A stretch of 64,000 nt of DNA from Bacteroidales bacterium (GCA_012513795.1 JAAZBN010000301.1:20433-84432), one strand, 5' to 3'; positions 9,455 through 18,869 are shown, numbered from the stretch's first letter. Notes: a model not told the origin generated them from the sequence alone. Made by a program: numbers and translations.

Positions 9455-10789
9455 ATGAGACGAAGGAATAAACAGAGCGGTTCGATACCATTAAGAGTGA
9501 ATACCATTTTCCGGTCACTCCGTCACCGCAATTACAGGCTGTTTTTCAGCGGGCAGAGTATTTCGCTGATTGGCACCTGGATGCAGAGGATAGCGTTGCC
9601 CTGGGTGGTCTACCGTATGACTGACTCCGAGGTGTTGCTGGGTGTTGTGGGTTTTGCCAGCTCGATACCCTCTTTTCTGCTGGCCCCCATTGCCGGCGTT
9701 CTTATTGACCGCTGGAGCCGTTACCGGGTGATGCTGGTGACCCAGATAATCTCGATGATCCAGGCGGGTGTGCTTGCATGGCTCAGCCTCAGCGGAAACC
9801 TGGGAATATGGCATATATTGGTACTGAGCGTGGCGCTGGGATGCATCAACTCATTCGACATGCCGGCACGCCACTCTTTTGTAATCAATATGGTAAACGG
9901 CAAGGAGGATATCGGCAATGCCATAGCCCTTAACTCCATGATGTTCAACGGCGCCAGGTTGATTGGGCCTTCCGTGGCCGGGATAGTGCTTGCCTCCGTT
10001 GGCGAGGGCGCCTGTTTCCTCATCAATGCGCTGAGTTACATCTTCGTTATCGCTTCGCTGATGATGATGAGAGTGACGGAGGATCGCGAAAAGAAAGAAC
10101 GGGTTCCGATGTTCCGGGAGATGAAGGAGGGGATGGATTACGTCTTCGGCTTTGCGCCGATAAAACATATCATTCTGCTCCTGGGACTGGTGAGTCTTAT
10201 GGGAGCTTCATACCAGGTGCTGATGCCGGTTTATGCGAAGGACATATTGCAGGGCGACTCGCACACGTACGGGTTCCTGATGGGCGGGGCAGGCGCCGGA
10301 GCCCTTCTCGGGGCCATTTACCTCGCTTCACGCGATACGGTTCTCAGGCTGGGACGACTGATTCCCGCAGCGACGGCATTGCTTTCGGCAGGATTGATTG
10401 CTATCTCGCTCAGCTCTTCGTTCTTCATATCGATGTTCCTGATATTCTTTACCGGTCTTGGGATGATGGCGCACACAGCCGCCAGCAACACCATCCTGCA
10501 GACCATTGCCGACGATGACAAGCGAGGGAGGGTCATGAGCTTCTATACAATGGCCCTCATGGGCACTGCGCCGTTCGGGAGCCTGCTGGCCGGATGGATG
10601 GCAAAGGTACTGGGTACGCCATGGACAATATTCATCGGTGGCGCTGTCTGCCTCCTCGGAGCGCTGGTCTTCTACAGGAGGCTGCCCGAGCTCAGACGGC
10701 TGGTAAGACCCGTTTATGTAAGGATGGGCATCCTGCCCGAAGTGGCCGAGGGAATCCGCACAGCCTCTGAACCCGTATCAGGAACCTGA
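9455..10789 (+). CDS. MFS transporter, MFS_3/EntS-like (DHA3-type efflux) family
   Basis: 444 aa. The N-terminus FRSLRHRNYRLFFSGQSISLIGTWMQRIALPWVVY...DRWSRYRVM is characteristic of the 'transmembrane secretion effector' MFS_3 group. Confidence 0.7.
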   Translation: MRRRNKQSGSIPLRVNTIFRSLRHRNYRLFFSGQSISLIGTWMQRIALPWVVYRMTDSEVLLGVVGFASSIPSFLLAPIAGVLIDRWSRYRVMLVTQIISMIQAGVLAWLSLSGNLGIWHILVLSVALGCINSFDMPARHSFVINMVNGKEDIGNAIALNSMMFNGARLIGPSVAGIVLASVGEGACFLINALSYIFVIASLMMMRVTEDREKKERVPMFREMKEGMDYVFGFAPIKHIILLLGLVSLMGASYQVLMPVYAKDILQGDSHTYGFLMGGAGAGALLGAIYLASRDTVLRLGRLIPAATALLSAGLIAISLSSSFFISMFLIFFTGLGMMAHTAASNTILQTIADDDKRGRVMSFYTMALMGTAPFGSLLAGWMAKVLGTPWTIFIGGAVCLLGALVFYRRLPELRRLVRPVYVRMGILPEVAEGIRTASEPVSGT

Positions 10790-10805
10790 TTATTCCCGCC
10801 TTTCG

Positions 10806-10836
10806 TTCCGTCGGTAAAAAAATCCTTTCCGTCGGT
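10806..10836. promoter_or_regulatory. Pair of 10-bp direct repeats TTCCGTCGGT with 21-bp periodicity upstream of the efflux operon (candidate LytTR-regulator site)
   Basis: TTCCGTCGGT occurs at 10806-10815 and again at 10827-10836. It is flanked by a second repeat, TTCCCGCC, at 10793-10800 and 10843-10850. The pair lies 65-95 nt upstream of the TolC-like start. Confidence 0.35.
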
Positions 10837-10885
10837 GAGTATTTCCCGCCGGTCTAAAAAATTTTCAGCCGGCACCTGCCCATAA

Positions 10886-10893
10886 TAGTTTTG
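10886..10893 (+). promoter_or_regulatory. Bacteroidota -7 box-like motif (TAnnTTTG)
   Basis: TAGTTTTG at 10886-10893, just upstream of the TolC-like ORF. If it is used, the true start codon is more likely ATG 10913 or 10922 than 10901. Confidence 0.3.
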
Positions 10894-10900
10894 TCTCACC

Positions 10901-12238
10901 ATGTTTCATAAAATGAATAGAATGAGAACGAAACGATTTATTGCAATGGCAGCGGCCTTAATTATTACCTCCGTCGCTGTCACTGCCCAGACGAAGCAGT
11001 GGTCACTGACTGACTGCATCGGGTATGCGCTTGAAAAGAATATCCAGGTGAGGAAAGCCGGCGTATCTGTCAGCCTGGGGGAACTGAGCCTTCAGCAGGC
11101 GAAGGATAATCTGCTCCCTTCACTAAGCGCAACAGTGGGAGAAAATCTTGGCTTTCAAAATGTGACCGGCACAGGAGGTGAGACTTCATGGAAAGGTTCA
11201 TCGCGTACCAATGCCTCTCTCAGCAGCGGGCTGACGCTATTCAGCGGCTTTCAGCTCAGGAACAGGGTCAGGCTTGCAGAGCTTGACCATAAATCACTGC
11301 AGTACAGTGCAGATCAGACAATGGAGAGCGTCTCCCTGAGCATTATGAGCGCTTACCTCCAGGTGCTTTATTCGGAGGAACAGGTCACAAATGCCCGTAA
11401 CCAGGCGGAGGCTACCCGCGAGGAGCTGGCACTGGCGGCAGAGAGACTAACGCTTGGCGCCATCGCCAACAGTGACTACCTCCAGGTAAAGACACAGCTC
11501 GCATCAGAGGAGTCTTCGCTGGCATCGGCTGTCAACAACCTCAAGATGGCAAAGCTGAACCTGATGCAGCTGATGGAATACCCTGTAGACGAGTCGTTTG
11601 AATTAACCCGCCCGGATATTGATGCAATAATATCCACTGTACCTGCTCCAGAGGCAGCAGCCGTTTATGCTGATGCCCTTGCTGTCAAACCTCAGGTGCA
11701 AATAGCCTCTATAAACCGTGAGAGCGCCTTACTGGATCTTGAAATTGCCAAAGGCGGATTTTTTCCTTCTGTATCAGCCAGTGCCGGCATGAGCACAGGA
11801 TTTACCCGGGCGGCAGAGATGGGATCACAGCTTAAAAGCGGTTTCTCTCCGTCGCTGGGATTATCGGCTTCGATACCAATATTCAGGAACAATCAGAACA
11901 AGGCTTCTGTTTCCAGGGCCAAATACGGTATCACCACTGCGGAGCTTGATGAGCTCAATACAAGGAACCAGCTCCGCAAGGAGGTGGAACAGGCAGTGCT
12001 TGATGCAGAGTCAGCACTCATAAGTTACCAGGCAGCAGTGAACAGGTATGACGCCTCTGCTGAAACCTACAGCGTGTCAGAGGAGAAATTCAAGCTGGGT
12101 GCAATGAACTCGGTCGATTTCCTGATACAGAAGACCAATCTTACCGCTGCCGAGAGCAACCTGCTCCAGGCAAAGTACGAGCTTGTCTACTCTCACAAGA
12201 TTATCGACTTCTACAGGGGAGTCGCCCTTACATTCTGA
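10901..12238 (+). CDS. TolC-family outer membrane efflux protein
   Basis: 445 aa with a signal peptide (FIAMAAALIITSVAVTAQ). N-terminal WSLTDCIGYALEKNIQVRKA plus a two-fold internal repeat structure are typical of the OEP/TolC family. It is first in an operon with a MacA/MacB-like pump. Confidence 0.85.
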   Translation: MFHKMNRMRTKRFIAMAAALIITSVAVTAQTKQWSLTDCIGYALEKNIQVRKAGVSVSLGELSLQQAKDNLLPSLSATVGENLGFQNVTGTGGETSWKGSSRTNASLSSGLTLFSGFQLRNRVRLAELDHKSLQYSADQTMESVSLSIMSAYLQVLYSEEQVTNARNQAEATREELALAAERLTLGAIANSDYLQVKTQLASEESSLASAVNNLKMAKLNLMQLMEYPVDESFELTRPDIDAIISTVPAPEAAAVYADALAVKPQVQIASINRESALLDLEIAKGGFFPSVSASAGMSTGFTRAAEMGSQLKSGFSPSLGLSASIPIFRNNQNKASVSRAKYGITTAELDELNTRNQLRKEVEQAVLDAESALISYQAAVNRYDASAETYSVSEEKFKLGAMNSVDFLIQKTNLTAAESNLLQAKYELVYSHKIIDFYRGVALTF

Positions 12239-12266
12239 TAAAAACAATCCGTCAAACATTAATAAG

Positions 12267-13679
12267 ATGAAAAGAAAAAACACATTCATAAGCATCGGGC
12301 TGCTTGCAGCAGTTGCCGTCACACTGCTTTCTGTCCATAGTTGCAGGAAGGACAGTACATACATTTATGAAACAGCAAAGGTGACGAAAGGCTCCATAGT
12401 GAACACTGTCACCGCTACCGGTACGCTTGAGGCAATCACTTCGGTTGTTGTAGGGACACAGGTATCAGGCATAGTTGAAAAGCTGTATGTTGATTTTAAC
12501 TCACCTGTAAAGAAGGGCACGGTTCTGGCTGAGCTTGACAAGACGGCGCTTAGGTCGAGCGTTCAGCAGGCGCTTGCCACCCTTGACAATGCAAAGGCTG
12601 AGATGGAATACCAGGCTTCGAACTATGAGCGCAGCAAGGCTCTCTGGGAAAAGAACCTTATTGCCGAGGCTGATTATGACCAGGCCAAGTACAACTATGA
12701 CAGGTCGGTGGCCACCCTGAAGAACTCCCAGGCGCAGTATGATAAAGCTTTGGTTCAGCTGGGGTACGCCACAATTTATTCACCCATTGACGGAGTTGTA
12801 ATGAACCGTGCCGTTGATGAGGGTCAGACCGTAGCTGCAAGCTTCAACACCCCTGAGATATTCACCATAGCACAGGACCTTACACAGATGCAGGTTGAGG
12901 CAGATATTGACGAGTCAGACATAGGCCAGGTGAAGCAAGGTCAGCGGGTGGAGTTTGATGTTGACGCCTATCCCGGTGAAATGTTCACAGGGACGGTTGA
13001 ACAGATCAGGCTCTCACCTGTGACCACCTCAACCGTTGTCACATATACGGTTATTATCAATGCTCCCAATCCTGATCAGAAGCTTCTGCCCGGGATGACA
13101 GCCAACATTGTCATATATGCAGAGGAGGTAAAGGATGTGCTCATTATTCCTTACAAAGCCGTGAAATTCACCCCTGATGCTGAATTCCTGGCACAACAAT
13201 GGAAGGAGATGGCTTCAAAGAATGGTATGGCCGGAGGACCCGGGATGTCCGGCGGTGCCGGTATGTCAGGAGGCGCCGGCATTCCGGGAGGTACCGGCAG
13301 GATGCCCTCTGGCATGAGTGGTTCAGGAGCGCCCGGCGTCGCCGGGGCAGGCTTCGGCATGCAGGGCATGCCCGGCGGCCAGATGCCGGAAGGCTTCAAG
13401 TTGCCTGAAGGATTCAAAATGCCAACAATGGTATGGGTTAAGGATGATAAGGGGATCCACCCTGTGCCGGTAGAACTTGGGTCGAATGACGGAAGCAATA
13501 CTGAAGTAAAATCCGGATTGGAAGAGGGTTCCGAGGTCGTTACGAAGATGACTATCGCATCCGCGAAGGAGAAAAAGGTGCAGGAAGTAAGCTCGAATCC
13601 TTTCATGCCAACGCCTCCGGGAAGAAGAAACACTCAGTCTTCATCCAGGACGGGCGCAAACGCTGCAACAAGAAACTGA
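12267..13679 (+). CDS. Efflux periplasmic adaptor (HlyD/MacA family) with a Gly/Met-rich insertion
   Basis: I prefer ATG 12267 (MKRKNTFISIGLLAAVAVTLLSVHSC, lipobox) over the tracked 12183 start, which overlaps the TolC-like gene. Adaptor hallmarks: VTATGTLEAITSVVVGTQVSGIV, a coiled-coil stretch, and YATIYSPIDGVV. Confidence 0.85.
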   Translation: MKRKNTFISIGLLAAVAVTLLSVHSCRKDSTYIYETAKVTKGSIVNTVTATGTLEAITSVVVGTQVSGIVEKLYVDFNSPVKKGTVLAELDKTALRSSVQQALATLDNAKAEMEYQASNYERSKALWEKNLIAEADYDQAKYNYDRSVATLKNSQAQYDKALVQLGYATIYSPIDGVVMNRAVDEGQTVAASFNTPEIFTIAQDLTQMQVEADIDESDIGQVKQGQRVEFDVDAYPGEMFTGTVEQIRLSPVTTSTVVTYTVIINAPNPDQKLLPGMTANIVIYAEEVKDVLIIPYKAVKFTPDAEFLAQQWKEMASKNGMAGGPGMSGGAGMSGGAGIPGGTGRMPSGMSGSGAPGVAGAGFGMQGMPGGQMPEGFKLPEGFKMPTMVWVKDDKGIHPVPVELGSNDGSNTEVKSGLEEGSEVVTKMTIASAKEKKVQEVSSNPFMPTPPGRRNTQSSSRTGANAATRN

Positions 13680-13681
13680 CC

Positions 13682-14422
13682 ATGAAGACAATCATAGATA
13701 TCACCACCCTTAAAAAGGACTATCACGTGGGTGAAGTCACAGTGCATGCACTGAGAGGGGTGGACCTGAAGATAAACGAGGGGGAGTTTGTTGCGATAAT
13801 GGGCGCCAGCGGCTCCGGCAAATCAACCATGCTGAATATTATCGGATGCCTTGACAGGCCAACTGACGGCACCTATTTCCTTGACGGCGTAAACGTGGCA
13901 GGAATGTCAAAAAATGAACGTGCAGCAATGCGCAACCTGAAGCTGGGTTTTGTATTTCAGTCGTATAATCTGCTTTCGCGCACTTCAGCCCTTGAGAATG
14001 TTGAACTTCCGCTGATGTACAATCGTGTCATCAGTGCCAGAGAGCGCAGGGAAAAGGCTGTTGCAGCACTTGAAGCAGTTGGGCTGGCTGACAGGATGGG
14101 CCATATGCCCAACCAGCTCTCCGGAGGGCAGCAGCAGAGGGTGGCAATAGCGCGCTCACTTGTGAATGACCCTGTGGTGATCCTTGCCGATGAGGCTACC
14201 GGTAACCTTGATACAAGGACCTCATATGAGATAATGTCGTTGTTCCAGGATCTGAACGCCAAAGGCAAAACAATCGTGTTCGTGACCCATGAGCCTGACA
14301 TAGCCCGCTGCATGACGCGCAGCGTTGTTTTCCGTGACGGCCATATAATAAGAGAAGAGGAAGTAAAAAACAGGCTTGATGCAGCGGAACTGCTCAGAGC
14401 CCTTCCTGTGGAGCAAGACTAA
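13682..14422 (+). CDS. ABC transporter ATP-binding protein (MacB/LolD-type)
   Basis: Walker A GASGSGKST, signature LSGGQQQRVAIARSL, Walker B ILADEATGNLD. Confidence 0.92.
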   Translation: MKTIIDITTLKKDYHVGEVTVHALRGVDLKINEGEFVAIMGASGSGKSTMLNIIGCLDRPTDGTYFLDGVNVAGMSKNERAAMRNLKLGFVFQSYNLLSRTSALENVELPLMYNRVISARERREKAVAALEAVGLADRMGHMPNQLSGGQQQRVAIARSLVNDPVVILADEATGNLDTRTSYEIMSLFQDLNAKGKTIVFVTHEPDIARCMTRSVVFRDGHIIREEEVKNRLDAAELLRALPVEQD

Positions 14423-14434
14423 AAAAACAAAGAA

Positions 14435-15655
14435 ATGAATCCGCGAAATCTTTTAAAAGTAGCAATCAACGCATTGAAGCGCAATAAAATGCGCTCATTC
14501 CTGACGATGCTGGGAATTATAATCGGGGTTGCATCTGTAATTACAATGCTTGCAATTGGCCAGGGGTCAAAGAAAAGCATCCAGGACCAGATAGCGAGCA
14601 TGGGCTCCAATATGCTTTTCGTCATGCCCGGAACCATGAGGATGGGAGGGGTCCAGCAGGGAAGCTCGTCATCGCAGAGGCTTACAGTAGCTGACATAAA
14701 AGCCATCAAAATGGAATGCGATGCTGTTGTTGCCGTCTCACCGGAGGTAAGAAGCAGCGGCCAGGTCGTTTACGGAAATTCGAACTGGCCCACTACAATC
14801 TACGGCGGGAGCGAACAATACCTTGAGATAAGGAGCTGGAGTGTGGTCAGCGGGCGCAATATCACTGACAGTGAAGCGGAAGGCTCAGCCAAGGTATGCC
14901 TTCTGGGACGGACGGTTGCTGACGAGCTCTTCGGTGAGGGCGTTGATCCAACGGGAGAAACATTACGATTCAAGAACATCCCCTTTAAGATAATAGGCAT
15001 TCTCTCAGAGAAAGGACAGAATAGTTTCGGGCAGGACCAGGATGACGTGATAATAGCACCGTACACAACGGTTCAAAAAAGAATCCTGGCCCAGACTCAT
15101 ATACAGTCTATCCAGATGTCGGCCCGCAGCGCAGAGGAATCAGTCCTTGCTGAGTCGCAGGTGGAGGAGGTGCTTCGCCGCACGCACAGGTTACGTGAGA
15201 ACGAGGACAACGACTTTGAGATCAGGAGCCAGGAGGAGCTTGCAACGACAATGACTTCTGTGACTGAGATACTCACCATATTGCTTGGAGCCATAGCCGG
15301 TATATCGCTCCTTGTCGGGGGCATAGGCATCATGAATATCATGTATGTTTCAGTCACTGAGCGTACACGGGAAATAGGCCTCAGGATGTCGGTCGGTGGC
15401 CGCAGCGTTGACATATTGCTTCAGTTCCTTATTGAGTCTATATTGCTGAGCGTTTTCGGGGGCCTGATCGGGATAGTCATTGGCTTCGGAGCCTCATCCG
15501 TTGTTGAGGCCCTGACCTCGTGGCCTATTAGCGTGATGTGGGGGTCGGTGATACTGGCCTTTGTGGTATGCACCCTGATCGGGGTCTTCTTCGGTTGGTA
15601 CCCGGCACGCCGGGCCTCAGACCTTGACCCGATAGATGCTTTAAGGTTTGAGTGA
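14435..15655 (+). CDS. ABC transporter permease (MacB-type, FtsX-like domain)
   Basis: 406 aa. N-terminal TM helix, a large periplasmic domain, then a C-terminal FtsX-like 3-helix bundle (GGIGIMNIMYVSVTERTREIGLRMSVGG). Confidence 0.88.
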   Translation: MNPRNLLKVAINALKRNKMRSFLTMLGIIIGVASVITMLAIGQGSKKSIQDQIASMGSNMLFVMPGTMRMGGVQQGSSSSQRLTVADIKAIKMECDAVVAVSPEVRSSGQVVYGNSNWPTTIYGGSEQYLEIRSWSVVSGRNITDSEAEGSAKVCLLGRTVADELFGEGVDPTGETLRFKNIPFKIIGILSEKGQNSFGQDQDDVIIAPYTTVQKRILAQTHIQSIQMSARSAEESVLAESQVEEVLRRTHRLRENEDNDFEIRSQEELATTMTSVTEILTILLGAIAGISLLVGGIGIMNIMYVSVTERTREIGLRMSVGGRSVDILLQFLIESILLSVFGGLIGIVIGFGASSVVEALTSWPISVMWGSVILAFVVCTLIGVFFGWYPARRASDLDPIDALRFE

Positions 15656-15689
15656 ATTGTAAGTGATATTCATTAGCTTTGATGATGAT

Positions 15690-16775
15690 ATGAATAATAC
15701 TGGTGTGATAAGAAAACGGAAAGGACTGCCTGTGATTCTGCATCTGACAGGGTGGATCATACTTTTCATCCTGCCGCAGTTTCTTATTTCAGGAGGTTTG
15801 TTCAAGGATGAACGTACCACGAGGATTGTGCTGTTCAATACCCTTGTTTTTGTGATTCTTTTCTACACGAACTACCTGTGGCTGGTTCCGAAGCTGGCGC
15901 AGAAGGGGAGATGGCTTGCCTTCCTGGTGCTGGCAGCGTCACTGATAGTCTTTCTCGGCTGGGCCTCGGGTAAATTTTATGAGAATCTTTTCGCACCGCC
16001 GCGCGAAGTAAGGGAACAGATCGCCCAGACGGAGCAGAGACCTCCGCGTGATGATCATGGCCGGCGCCGTGGCGGGGGAATAGCACTCTATAACTTCTTC
16101 ATCACATCTTTCCTGGTGTCAGGCTTTGCGGTCGGCATCAGGTATGCTGAAAGCGCAGTGAGAAAGGAGGAGGAGATCAAGGAACTGGAACGCGAGAAGC
16201 TGAACTCGGAGCTGGCATTGCTGAAGAACCAGGTCAGCCCCCATTTCTTCTTCAATACCCTGAACAATATTTATGCGCTGATAGAGATTAACCGCGAGGA
16301 TGCCAGGGAGGCCGTACTGAGCCTCTCAAAAATGATGCGGTATATGCTCTATGAGTCAGAACAGGGAAACACCAGGCTCAGCCATGAGATTGAATTCATG
16401 AAGGGATATATTGACCTGATGAAGCTGAGGCTCAGTGACCGTGTAAGGCTGACTGTAAGCTTCCCGGAGGAGTATGAAGATCAGGATCTCCCGCCCCTGC
16501 TTTTCATTCCTTTTATTGAGAATGCCTTCAAGCACGGGGTGAGTAACATGGGCAACTCCTTCATTGATATAGCACTCAGGGCTGAGGACGGAGAGATCAC
16601 ATTCCTTACTGCCAACAGCATCAGCCGGCCTGGCGCTGAGGCTCCACGGCCAGCCTCAGGAATCGGGCTTGACAATGTGAGGAAAAGACTGTCACTCCTG
16701 TACCCTGGCCGCCATGAGCTGAGAATCAGCGACCAGGAGTCGATCTTTACGGTGGTGCTGACGATCAGGACCTGA
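15690..16775 (+). CDS. Sensor histidine kinase, LytS/YehU-type (His_kinase domain)
   Basis: N-terminal TM helices, then the H-box region QVSPHFFFNTLNNIYALI typical of LytS-type kinases, and a C-terminal ATPase (GIGLDNVRKRL). I prefer ATG 15690 to the tracked GTG 15663. Confidence 0.85.
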   Translation: MNNTGVIRKRKGLPVILHLTGWIILFILPQFLISGGLFKDERTTRIVLFNTLVFVILFYTNYLWLVPKLAQKGRWLAFLVLAASLIVFLGWASGKFYENLFAPPREVREQIAQTEQRPPRDDHGRRRGGGIALYNFFITSFLVSGFAVGIRYAESAVRKEEEIKELEREKLNSELALLKNQVSPHFFFNTLNNIYALIEINREDAREAVLSLSKMMRYMLYESEQGNTRLSHEIEFMKGYIDLMKLRLSDRVRLTVSFPEEYEDQDLPPLLFIPFIENAFKHGVSNMGNSFIDIALRAEDGEITFLTANSISRPGAEAPRPASGIGLDNVRKRLSLLYPGRHELRISDQESIFTVVLTIRT

Positions 16776-16863
16776 CCCTGGCCGGCAGAAAAATGGTGGC
16801 GGAGCAAAATAATAGGACGGACTTCCGATTCCGGAGCGGTTGAAGTTAACAATGTAAACAGAG

Positions 16864-17577
16864 ATGATCAGGGTTGTTGCTATAGATGATGAGCCGCTGG
16901 CGCTGCAGCTGGTGAAGGGTTATGTGGAGAAAACCCCCACCCTGGAGCTTGCCGGGGCATTTGACAACCCCGTTGATGCCGTGGCATTCATCAGGGCGAA
17001 TGAAACAGACCTTGTGCTCCTCGACATCCAGATGCCTGACCTGACGGGAACCGAGCTGGCCAGGGTCATCTCAGGCGGACCGAAGGTGATCTTCACCACT
17101 GCCTATGAGAAGTATGCACTGGAGGGATTCAGGCTTGATGCCGTTGATTACCTGTTGAAGCCCTTTAGTTACGCGGAGTTCCTGAAAGCCATACAGAAGG
17201 CAGAGCGGCTGATCGGCGCTGAGCGAAATCAGTTGCCGGCCCTGGAAGTGAGCCACGATTTTCTCTTTTTAAAGTCGGAAAGCAGGATCCGCCGCATAAA
17301 CTTTTCCGAGATCCATTATATAGAAGGACTCAAAGACTATGTGAAGATATGGCTGAAAGACGAAAAGAAACCTGTCCTCTCGCTTTCCACACTGAAGGCG
17401 CTTGAGTCCAGGCTTCCCGGAGACCGGTTCATGCGTGTTCACCGTTCATTCATCGTCAACCTTGAGACAGTCAAGGTCATAGAGCGCGGCCGCATTGTCT
17501 TCGGTGAGGTTCGCATCCCGGTCACCGAACAGTATATTGATAATTTCCGTAAGTTCCTCGACAGGAATTTTATCTGA
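16864..17577 (+). CDS. LytTR-family response regulator
   Basis: Receiver domain (VVAIDDEPLA...LVLLDIQMPDLTG...KP). C-terminal LytTR domain (IRRINFSEIHYIEGLKDYVKIW...RVHRSFIVNL). Confidence 0.92.
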   Translation: MIRVVAIDDEPLALQLVKGYVEKTPTLELAGAFDNPVDAVAFIRANETDLVLLDIQMPDLTGTELARVISGGPKVIFTTAYEKYALEGFRLDAVDYLLKPFSYAEFLKAIQKAERLIGAERNQLPALEVSHDFLFLKSESRIRRINFSEIHYIEGLKDYVKIWLKDEKKPVLSLSTLKALESRLPGDRFMRVHRSFIVNLETVKVIERGRIVFGEVRIPVTEQYIDNFRKFLDRNFI

Positions 17578-17808
17578 AGTTAATTATGTGACTTAATTAA
17601 GCAGACATTTCTTGACCAATATCAATAATTCTTAATACTAGTTAGTCGCTGGAGAAACTTCCTTAATTTTGTTTTTGAGGACATTATTAATTATTGACAA
17701 ATCTGCTTTTTCTCCACATTCTGTTAATATTAAAAATGACTTGAGTTATAATTGTACAAAAAGCTTGATCTACATCTATTTACATAATAAATCAATACTA
17801 GTATAACG

Positions 17809-18837
17809 ATGCATAGTAGTGTAAATGATATTCGAGACCTTGCTAGATTACTTGGTTTATCACCAACAACTGTATCCCGTGTTTTAAATGGGAAATCAGA
17901 AAAATACAGAATTAGTAATCTGACTGCACAAAAAGTAAGGCAAGCCGCCAAAGAATATAATTATTCCCCTAGCAAGATTGCGAGAGGCCTGAAGATGGAC
18001 AGGACAGATACGATAGGTTTAATTATTCCAGATATTTCCAATCCATTTTTTGCTGACATCGCCTACAGTATCGAAAAAGAGGCAAGATTAAAAGGTTATT
18101 CAATTATTTTATGTGACAGTGTGGATGATCTTAAAGTGGAAAAGGAGTTAATTACTTTGCTCAGAAGTCATAAGGTCGACGGTATTATAATTGCACCGGT
18201 TGGAATTAGATATGAGCACATAATTAACGTATATAATTCAGGAATACCTTTAGTCGTAATTGACAGATGTTTTCCCGGATTAGATCTTCCATCAATTACA
18301 TCAGACAATTATCAGGGAGGATATGATGCAACTAATCATTTAATATCTCTTGGTCATAAAAAAATTGCATGCATTCAGGGTATGCCTGAAAGCTTTCCGA
18401 ATAAGGAACGTTTGAGGGGTTATATAGAGGCTCATGAGAATAATAACCTTGAAATTGACAAGACTATGATCGTGGGAGATAGCTTTGTTATCGAAAACGG
18501 TTACAGGCAGACCAGGATAATATTCAGTATGGAAAATCCTCCAACTGCTGTATTTGCTTTCAGCAATCTCATCTCAATCGGTGTAATAAAAGCTCTAAAT
18601 GAAATGAGTCTTAAAATACCGGCAGATGTTTCCCTTGTATCATTTGATGAGCAGCCTTACTCAGCTTATCTGGGGACACCAATGACCACAGTCAATCAAA
18701 AGAAGAGCGAAATAGGACAATTGGCTATTGATGTTCTTTTCAAGTATATAATGGATAAGGAATACAGACAAGTAGTTTACATGAAATTGAAGACTGAACT
18801 CATTGTTCGTGATTCTGTCAGAAATCTGAGAAATTAA
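17809..18837 (+). CDS. LacI-family transcriptional regulator (PUL-1)
   Basis: N-terminal HTH DIRDLARLLGLSPTTVSRVLNG, followed by a periplasmic-binding-protein-like sugar-binding core (IGLIIPDISNPFF..., VDGIIIAP). Confidence 0.92.
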   Translation: MHSSVNDIRDLARLLGLSPTTVSRVLNGKSEKYRISNLTAQKVRQAAKEYNYSPSKIARGLKMDRTDTIGLIIPDISNPFFADIAYSIEKEARLKGYSIILCDSVDDLKVEKELITLLRSHKVDGIIIAPVGIRYEHIINVYNSGIPLVVIDRCFPGLDLPSITSDNYQGGYDATNHLISLGHKKIACIQGMPESFPNKERLRGYIEAHENNNLEIDKTMIVGDSFVIENGYRQTRIIFSMENPPTAVFAFSNLISIGVIKALNEMSLKIPADVSLVSFDEQPYSAYLGTPMTTVNQKKSEIGQLAIDVLFKYIMDKEYRQVVYMKLKTELIVRDSVRNLRN

Positions 18838-18851
18838 TTATTTATAAGATT

Positions 18852-18869
18852 TGCGCAATCGTTTACGCA
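18852..18869. promoter_or_regulatory. Candidate LacI-type operator (imperfect palindrome centred on CG), variant copy
   Basis: TGCGCAATCGTTTACGCA matches its own reverse complement at 14 of 18 positions. It is related to the 16-mer at 21292 and 23309 and lies upstream of the GH127 gene. Confidence 0.4.

Noticed and set aside
12183-12266. Upstream extension of the adaptor ORF overlapping the TolC-like gene
   Set aside because: The extension is translated from the 3' end of the TolC-like gene in another frame. A lipoprotein-type start (MKRKNTF...HSC) at 12267 is far more plausible.
13151-13633. 160-aa - strand ORF, Pro/Gly-rich
   Set aside because: It is the mirror image of the Gly/Met-rich repeat of the adaptor gene, and is low-complexity only.
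17578-17808. Possible mobile-element or integration boundary at the GC break
   Set aside because: I found no integrase, transposase, tRNA gene or flanking direct repeats here or anywhere in the window, so I cannot call a mobile element. The observation is reported only as a composition discontinuity.
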